A stretch of 64,000 bases of DNA from Octopus sinensis (Eukaryota). The stretch lies in NCBI RefSeq assembly GCF_006345805.1, contig NC_042998.1:10726001-10790000 (forward strand), written 5' to 3'. Positions 55,029-64,000 of the stretch are shown here, in pieces; the stretch's first letter is position 1; each line of letters opens with the position of its first letter. A program made the position numbers and the translations under genes. The notes beneath the pieces were generated by a model that worked only from the letters and a program-made list of their open reading frames with translations, ran no database searches and had not been told where the DNA came from.

Positions 55029-56494
55029 GGTCATATGTATGGTCATATGTATAGTTCTATAAAACAATATTCCTCTTCATTTTTTTTTTGTGTCTGTTTA
55101 CAGCTTGCGATATCAGTCATCTACTGTTCATCTGCAACATAGCCACTGTTACATTAATTATTGCAGTATTTATAGTTGTTTTAAGAAAAGAATTCGTGCA
55201 TGATAAATAATCTGCATTTCACGGTTCCATAATTTCAATGAATGTTTTCATAACTTGAATGCTCCTGTTTTATACAGAATTACAAGGATTATAAGACCTA
55301 CGTATATTCTACTCAAAAATATTTTTTTTCATAAGAAGATATAAATGAATTTTAAAAAATGAAAGAAAAACAAGAACAGCTCATAAAACAATAAAAACTT
55401 TTTGCTGTATCCATAACAAAGAATGAAAGCATATTGACAACCGACTTCAACAGACATAGCAAGCAGTAAGATAAATTCTATGTATAATATTCTGGTTTTG
55501 TGACACTTGATACAGTAAATGATGCTAAAATATGTTTTAGAGAAAAGGCAGCCTCTAGTTTTCTGAAACCCTTTGCCAAGCACTGCTTAAAAAGTAAGGT
55601 TTCTAAATGCTTAGGACCTGAATAGATAGTATAATTTGAAATGAAATAAAAAAAGGAATAAACAAAAACAACATGAAGACGAAAATATAAAGAAGAAACG
55701 ACATTCTACGTGACCAGACACGTAATATTTAACCCCCACCCCAAAAGAGAAGAGAAACAATAATATTATAACAGCAAATCATTCATTGGGTACTATATGA
55801 GCCACAGTAGGGGACTGGTGGGAATATATGCCAGCAGATGCTCACTGAGAATGAAGAAGTTGTAAGTTTCAGGAATTCTTTAATATCTTCGCAGATAAAA
55901 AACATAACTATGTTGAGAAAATAAAGCATCGTAAACACGAAGAAAAATTTGCAAAATGTTATTCTAAAAGTGGTTTTTAAAGGGACTTGACTGACTGACT
56001 AAGAGATGGAGACAACAAATACTGAGATTATATCACACATTAAACAAAAAATGCAAAACACAAAGCAAAAGGCCGTAAGAATATGAGAAAAACTAAAATA
56101 GCACTTATTGAAGCCAAATTTTACTGAAAATAACTTGGAAACATTCTTTTAAGAATTAACCCGAAAGACTTGAAATGCCATACAATAATCTGTAAGTCAG
56201 AAAGAGGGAAAATAAACCAAGTGTTTTCTAAATATATACCAAGTTAGAAGTACTTTAAAACATGTCAACTAGCTACAAGAGAATATTCAAAATCAAAGAA
56301 GGCTTAGGCTGTTAGAGAGTGACTGAAGAAAAGTTGTGATAGAAAGTATAGTAGTTAATAGAATATTATTGTATTATGTTGCTAGGGGTAGGGGTTGGTT
56401 GCAGATATAAATTTATTACAAAGATTTTCATTCACAAGTTACATGAATATGAAGTTCGTATGTACAAGAATATCAAATATGTACACACGTAGGA

Positions 56495-57156
56495 TTAGAA
56501 GCAACCAGAATATAGGAACTGAATTACTTGTATCACCATGATTCGGCTGTAGAGCTGTGCCGTCGAATTTTTCTTAATGTCTTCTATTGACTCAAATCTT
56601 CTCCCTTGGAGTGTTTTTTTTTTTAGCTTTGGGAATAGCCAAAAGTCACATGGAGCCAAGTCTGGGGAGTAGTAAGCCTGACAAACAATCTCAATAGTCA
56701 CACAACGGTCTTCATAGACTATTCGTCGAACCTTTGCAATCATTTCGTCCTTTCAGCTGGTCGATGGTCTGCCACAACGTGGCTCACTGTCCACAGAGGT
56801 GTGGCCATCTCTGAACCGGTTGTACCATTCCTTTATTTGTGTTTTTTGCATAGCATCATCATCACCAAAGGCTTTCTGAATCTTCTCGATAGTCTTGGCT
56901 TGCGTATCACCAAGCTTTTAGCAGAATTTGATACAGTATCTTTGCCCAGTGCGCTCGGTCATCTTCACTCAGAAAGACAAATCGCACAGCATACTCTTCA
57001 TTTCTGTACTCGACGCGTCACTGCGGTGTGCAGGCACGAATATTTTTGCACATGCTCGGTAAGGACGCGGCTTCCTAATACCCATGCGGATTTTGCTCCC
57101 ACATTATTATTTTGCACAAAAAAATTAAAGTCGGATATTTTTTTTATTACACCTCG
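56495..57156 (-). mobile_element. Mariner transposon, internally deleted
   Basis: QRYCIKFC*KLGDTQAKTIEKIQKAFGD...IKEWYNRFRDG...GRPST and AYYSPDLAPCDFWLFPKLK...GRRFESIEDIK; terminus TA|CGAGGTGT on the minus strand. Confidence 0.9.
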
Positions 57157-57189
57157 TATATATAATATATATATATAATATATATATTA

Positions 57190-58340
57190 GAAAAGACATC
57201 ATACACACTCTCAACAACCTTGGCCTCAAAATCACCATAGAGAAATATCTCACAGTGGTGAACTTCTTGGTTGTCACGCTTGATTTAGACAGTGGCAAAT
57301 ACAGACCATACCGCAAACCGAATGATAGACTCTCGTACATTAATACAACATCTTGCCAGCCACCCATAGTGAAAAATCTAATAAAAAGTATCGGTAAACG
57401 GATTTCGAACTTATCTTCAAATAAAGATATTTCTGACGCAGCGGTTCCCACTTACAATGTGGCGCTAGCGGCCAGCGGGTTCAAGGACCATATAGTATAT
57501 ACACCAGGATCGAGCAATCATAAAAGCAAACGCCACCGCAGGACCTTATGGTTCGCTCCCCGCTTCTCCCTAAACTCCATGCGCAGTGAAGAAATTTCTT
57601 AGGTTGGTAGATAAGCATTTCAAGCGATCGCACATATATAGAAAGATCTTTATCAGACTTAATTTAAGGATCTCTTTCAGTTGTGCATCCAATGTTAAGA
57701 AAAAAATACTTTGCATTCCTAAACCACGGACAGAGGGAGGTTGTTCATGCAGCATTAGAAATGAATGCTCAGTGGACGGCCGATATAACAGTGAGGCTAC
57801 AGTGTACCAAGTAAAGGTAGCATCAAACAGAAGTAGCACAAATATTAATAACATCAACAGAGACACACACTAAAATTTATGTCGGATCTTGTGAATCCAA
57901 ATTGAAAATTCGCCTGAACAACCACAGATCTTCTTTCAGGGTCCCGGAGAGACGCAACACAAACATACTCACAGCATATGTATGGCGCCTAAAAGACGAT
58001 CATACGCCCTTTAACATCAGGTAGAAATTACTAGAAACTTGTGGACCTTAACGCAATGGAACAAGGCTATGTAAATTGTGTATGTCAGAAAAATATATAA
58101 TTCTTATGAACTCACATGAACCAGGAGGCTACCTGAACTCCAGGACGGAAGCCATGGGGAGTTGTCCATATTTTCGGAAATTTTTACTTCAAAATTGGAA
58201 AACCTAGCTATCAAGCGAAGGAAGATAACTCGCCGGGCCATAATTTTTAAGTGGAATATTTGTTCAACTATCACCGGCATTCTTGTGCTTTCTAAAAGAA
58301 CATTCTTTGCAGTGAATAGTTATTGTTTAGAGAAACTGAA
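57190..58340 (+). mobile_element. PLE 3' half (RT end, thumb, GIY-YIG)
   Basis: VNFLVVTLDLDSGKYRPYRKPN...LWFAPRFS...KHFKRSH...CSCSIRNECSVDG...YVGSCESKLKIRLNNHRSSF...CKLCMSEK...LNSRTE...CP; frameshifted. Confidence 0.92.
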
Positions 58341-58599
58341 GATATGATTGATTGATTCTAGTTTCAGCTCATGAGCTGTGGCCATGCTGGGGCACCGCCA
58401 TTTGGTGTTGCTACATGGTTTTACTTCACGAAAGCTTTTTAGCAACTGCCATGTCTACTTTACGCTAGATATGAAACCAAGGGTTTGTTCTCTAAAAGTG
58501 TTACTTTATACATACAATGTATGTATATATATATATATATATCAGAAATATTAAATTTCTAAATGTCTCAAAGAGACATGATCGGTGGTGGAGCGATAG

Positions 58600-58733
58600 A
58601 GTGGTTGTATACTGTCAACATAACGTGACAGTCCTGTAAAGGGAATTACACCACCGATGCTTCCTAGGGCTAAACAGCGGCGGTGTAATTCCCTTACGGG
58701 AGTGTCACGTTATGTTGACTGTATACAACCACT
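58600..58733. repeat. Hairpin with ~57 bp arms and 21 nt loop
   Basis: 58600-58656 vs 58678-58733, few mismatches; (TA)n on the right. Confidence 0.85.
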
Positions 58734-59698
58734 ATATATATATACATATATATATATGATAACAATAATTCTTGCATGTAATTTGTAAATGTTTAATGTA
58801 TCGCTACACGCGTTTCCACAAATCACATGTCTTTATCATCAGAGTCCGTATCCTTGGGCATCCGGTTGGTGATCATCCTTGATTCAGTTCATCAGGCGAT
58901 GCTGCATTGGAGGGTGAATCAGAGACGAATGTTTATCCCTTCTTGCTCGTATGAAGGCCAATCTAGCTCTGTGGGTATTTCTGTATGTACTTGGCGGTGG
59001 TGGTGGTGGTGGGGGGGGGGGTAGGTGATGGGAGTAGAGGAAGATGGAGGTGTAATATGAGGATCATTCTGCAGATTTTAAGGATGGTCATTCATGCAGC
59101 AGATTTAAGGATGGTAGTACATTAGATGGTAGCCGGCATAATGAAATAGAAACTTTATTTGCATACCCTTAACGCTACCATAAACGAATTTAAAATATAT
59201 ATATATATATATATATATAAATATATATATACATTATATAAAAGGGCTTAGTAAAATAAATTACTTTGCCGCATACTGAACTCATTAGAAATAGCAGCTA
59301 AAAAACTTTTTTAAAGCTATTTCTAATACTTAAAGAAAATCTCTCTCATATATAGTGTTTGCTTAATTCAACTCACAACTGAACACTTGGTGAAATTGAT
59401 TAATAATTAATTAATTTTGCCCTCAATTGTTGTATATATATATATATAGATGTGCGTGTGTATTCACAAAACCAAGTATTCGTATATTGGCCGACAGGGT
59501 GGTTATATTACTCAAAGTATGGATCATTAAAGATCCAATTCACCCGCCCTTACCTATTGGCTTTGTATTAGATAACCGGTTATTAGTTAATAGGGTGGTT
59601 AACTAACATCACATGCTCTTCAGATATGGCAGGTATGGAAAAATATTCCTGCACCAAACCAATTGGTAAGAACCGCTGAAATAGATCTACATTCTTTA

Positions 59699-59824
<126 letters not shown>

Positions 59825-59929
59825 AATAGGTAGATAGATAGATGGAGGGATATCTATATTTCTTTTCTCTCTAGTTTCAGCTCAGCTGCGGCCATGCTGA
59901 TGCACCACCATTTTGTGCTACACTGTTAT

Positions 59930-60478
59930 TGTGAAGAACCTCGTCTAATATGTGGCACTTGGTGAAGAATGGAGTTTGATATAGCTACCCTCATTTGCAC
60001 CTTTTTCCGTGAGGTACGTTCATCTGGGACTCGCGACAGGAAGAGGTCCAGCTTTGATTTAAAAACTCCTACATCTATTTTGTGCAAGTTCCTCAGACTC
60101 TTTGGGAGAATATTTAAAAGCTGTGGTCCCTTGAAACCCAGGCTGTTGCAGTAACTGGTCCCGAAGCGTGATGGCATTGCTGGGATCTTTGGCACTATGC
60201 AGTGTCGTCCCGTTCTGGCATTGGTGTAGCTTTCAATGCCAAAATTTGAAACAATTCCTTCCAGGATCTTCCAGATGTATATTACTGCATACCTCTCCCG
60301 TCTTCTCTCCAGGGAGTAGAATCTTAGCTGTTTCAACATTTCCCAGTAGCTGAGCTGTTGCAAAGAGACTAACTTCTTTGTGAATCTTCTCTGGATTGCT
60401 TCAAGGTCCGCTGTTAATTTCACACTGGTGGGTGACCATAGTTATGAGCAGTAATCCAGGCGGCTGAGGACGAATGTC
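59930..60478 (-). mobile_element. CR1-group LINE C-terminal fragment
   Basis: ORF 59926-60423: DLEAIQRRFTK...LSYWEMLKQLRFYSLERRRERY...KGPQLLNILPK...FKSKLDLFLSRVPDE. Confidence 0.9.
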
Positions 60479-61015
60479 CGCCAGAGGACCATCACACGCA
60501 TAGCTAGCTGTGAATTTATATACATATAAATCTCTCTTTCTTCCCCACTCTCCATTTCTCTCTCTGTGATTTGTACGCATAAGCATATATATATAACTAT
60601 ACACTCATGCGCTCACTTATACGCATACACACACCGACATATAATCATTTGTAAACATGCACATATGCCTATATACACACATATATATAGGTAAAGGTAT
60701 GTGTGTATATGCGCGTATGCATATATATGTTTATGCATATACACCAGCACATACACACTCTCACATACGGCTATACACGTACGTATATGCAAACTTAAGT
60801 ATGAAAAAACACATATATCCGCACATGTATCTAAAGTACAATCATAGCTATACAAAAATATAAATTTGAGTGTTTAAACTTTAAACCGGAATAACTAGGA
60901 ATAACTTCAAGGTTCGTTCCTACCAGCATATTCACTTTTTCTAGCCTTCGCAAACTAAATTTTTAACTCGTCTATCTCAAACTATTTTTTTAGAGAAGCA
61001 GACGTTTAGATTAAA

Positions 61016-61411
61016 CTAGCAGTATCGCCCGGCGTTGCTCGGGTTTGTAAGGGAAATAACTATATAAGCATTTTTAGAGAGTTATAGCCAAAAAATAGCA
61101 AAAAAATGCATTAAAAAAAGGAAAAAATGATGGTAAATTTTTTTTTAAATCGTTGACTCATCGTAGACATTTTTAGAGAGTTACTTCCCTTATATAATAG
61201 CGAAAAAATGCATTAAAATGGAAAGAAATTATGGTAAATTTTTTTTAAATCGTAGACTCAGCGTAGACGCGCGCTAATACCCAGAAGGGCTCGATATGAA
61301 TCACGACTATAAGATACCCGGTTTTGGTTAAACTGCACCGCAAAATGTGGGAGTAGTTAGGAATCTAAATCGTAGGAGACAGACACACAACCTTACTTTT
61401 ATATATAAAGA
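61016..61411 (-). mobile_element. Non-autonomous Helitron, copy 2
   Basis: Same A|TC...hairpin-CTAG|T termini as 36079-36473. Confidence 0.85.
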
Positions 61412-62023
61412 TTGTACTGTACAGCCATGGAACCTCCTTTTTGAACTTGTGTGTAAGCGGTGTTTGATAGAGAAATGTTTCATTTCGGTTCATGTCATAA
61501 ACGCAGTAAAAGAAAAGCTCGTATTATTAAGTTCCAGTAGATAAGAACTAATAATTGTTTACCTCTCTATGTTTAAACTCTGATTATTTCCTCGAGCAAT
61601 TGGACTTTTGGCTGCTAGCGTTTTGAATCTTTATACTCATATTGTATACTGTTATTACGGAATTTAAATTGATTACTTTTATATTTTTGTATTATTTCTC
61701 ACTCCTTAGATCTCTCACACACCATTTTGTTGATCGAGTTTCTAACATGCCAATGGTAACAGGCATATGTCGAAAATAACACACAGCAGGACCAGTCAGA
61801 GGACTTCCTGACTGCAAACCGAATGTTTTAACCAATCGGATATGTATTCTCCACTACACACACACACGTACACATACACGGGCAATGCATTTAGTAGGTG
61901 AGGTTAGGAAGGTAAAGGAGAATGAAATGAAATAAAATAAAACAAGATAAAATACAATAAATGGTAGGAATGGTACAAAGAGATATGAGAAGGTTTAATT
62001 TTCATAACAGCTTTATGTATAAT

Positions 62024-62418
62024 AGGCGCAGGAGTGGCTGTGTGGTAAGTAGCTTGCTAACCAGCCACATGGTTCCGGGTTCAGTCCCACTGCGTGGCAT
62101 CTTGGGCAAGTGTCTTCTGCTATAGCCCCGGGCCGACCAATGCCTTGTGAGTGGATTTGGTAGACGGAAACTGAAAGAAGCCTGTCGTATATATGTATAT
62201 ATATATGTGTGTGTGTGTGTGTATATGTTTGTGTGTCTGTGTTTGTTCCCCTAGCATTGCTTGACAACCGATGCTGGTGTGTTTACGTCCCCGTCACTTA
62301 GCGGTTCGGCAAAAAGAAACCAATAGAATAAGTCCCGGGGTCGAGTTGCTCGACTAAAGGCGGTGCTCCAGCATGGCCGCAGTCAAATGACTGAAACAAG
62401 TAAAAGAGTAAAAGAGAG
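62024..62418 (+). mobile_element. SINE family B, near full length
   Basis: AGGCGCAGGAGTGGCTGTGTGGTAAG...GGTTCAGTCCCACTG...TCTTGGGCAAGTGTC...AAGTAAAAGAGTAAAAGAG. Confidence 0.92.
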
Positions 62419-64000
62419 TATATAATTAAAAAAAAATCATAGATGTAAAATATGAAGGATATATAAAAGGTATATGGATGTAGAAGTAGGTAGATAGACA
62501 GATAGACAGATCGATAGAAAGATAAATGGTTCGATTGGTAGATGGACAGATAGACCGATCGATAGATAGGTAGATGGATAGCTAGGCAGATAGATGGATA
62601 GATAGTTTACTCTAAATGTGGCGTGTGAGCTGGAGAGAGCCTTTATGCATGGTGTCATAGGTTATTTTGCGAGCGCATTCGAATCAATGAATCTTCATCA
62701 GACTTTCTAATCTTTTCTCTCTTTCATGATGACGGCTGGCGCCAGGCGCCGGTTAAAATCCTGGAATCAGTAGATGTATTTCCATGCATATAGCTCATTA
62801 TGGCAGTTCAGGCTAAGAACCTTCTTCCTAAAGAAGTGACATCTGAAATCCTGAGGTTAACTGCAACCATCCCCCACGCCAGTATCAGTTTGGGGTAATC
62901 TCCACCACAGTTTTGATGGTGACGGAACACGGGGCTGAGTGGTGTAGCCTTTTGGAGATGCTCTTTCATTCTAAGGAGAAAGGTGTCTTCTGGTCAGACC
63001 TAAGTATGTCCCCACCAAGAGCACGTCATTTGGCACACAGCGTTGGATTTAAAATACAGCCAAACGCTGTCCGTTGGTTTTGCTGTTCTGATTAGACATT
63101 AGTTTAGACAGTATGCGTTCGGTGTGTTATTGATGTGGGAGAGGTAGTTTCTGAGCTTGTGCACCTTTCTCGTGATTCTGACGGGGAGGCCAGATCTTTT
63201 AATGATATTTTTTAAAACTGGTTTTCTATCCTCTCTCCGTAGTGTAGCAGATTAACTTAGACCCAGTGTTTACTTTTCTTCCGTTTTTGCCTTCTGAAGA
63301 TCTGGTCTTTGTCATTCTTCTCTTCTTCGTCAATCCTGACACTCCTTCGGCCGCTTATGGCTCTACTCTCTGCAGCTCCAGTCTGGTTACTGTAAATGCT
63401 GTCGCTACTGGTTTAGCTGCCGCTGTTGTTGTTGCCGTTGTTGTTGTTGTTGTTTTAAAATGTTGATGCTACGGTTGTCATTGTTGTCGCTGTGTTTGTT
63501 GTTGTGGTTATTGTAGTTGATGCAGTTGTCATTGTTGTTGCTGTTGATGTTGTTGCTGCTGCTGTTACCGTGGTGGTTTTTGTCGTCCCCAGCTCGTCGG
63601 CCGTTTATGGCATCGATTCTGCTATTATGTATCCGTACGATGCTAGGATTTGATAGAAGGCGAATCTGAATTCTGTGATGTTGACTGTGTTATCGGCATT
63701 CGTTGATGTGGGCTTTGCTTTTCTGTTTGGCCTTGTGTACGGTCTCATCTTGGCGCCCTTGTGCTCGTGTTTTTAGCGTGTCACACACTTTCTCTATGAA
63801 GAGTTGCCTGTATTTTCTTGTATACAGCTTCATAGCAAAATCCTACTGAATTTCCTGTTTCGTCCTCGTCATAAATGCATAGGCGGCGGTCGAGCGCGTT
63901 AAAGGCCACACTGTACTTCAACGACTTTGGATATGCCAAATCCAAGTGGAGGAAGATGTCTCTCTTCGCCTCTTTCGTGAAGATTCGGATTGTTGCATGC

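Noticed and set aside
58325-58350. HHR at the end of the 57190 PLE (CTGAAGA)
   Set aside because: Only the 7-mer is present; it is followed by (ATTG)n with no stem II or GAAA.

Overview
This is AT-rich eukaryotic genomic DNA, very probably octopus (cephalopod). That assignment is my recognition of the SINE families and the extreme density of (TA)n/(CA)n/(GATA)n/(TAA)n microsatellites, not a database result. I find no supportable host protein-coding gene, tRNA or rRNA gene, or CRISPR array; most ORF-track entries are microsatellite read-throughs. The window is a patchwork of transposon relics: several Penelope-like elements (PLEs: RT, thumb and GIY-YIG remnants), three tRNA-derived SINE families (some with clear TSDs), RTE, CR1-group and R4/Dong-like LINE fragments, a Tc1 with both TIRs, two mariner fragments, two non-autonomous Helitrons and a possible Gypsy integrase relic. 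The most interesting signal is a recurring class of fold-back elements, mostly ending in (TA)n, with type I hammerhead ribozyme (HHR) motifs at or near the apex (5.4, 12.2, 27.8 and 45.3 kb). The copy at 27947-28038 has a fully canonical core. There is also a dispersed short family carrying a non-canonical minimal HHR (CUG[U/C]NGA-A core). Ribozyme calls come from manual base-pairing and are untested; coordinates of degraded relics are approximate.
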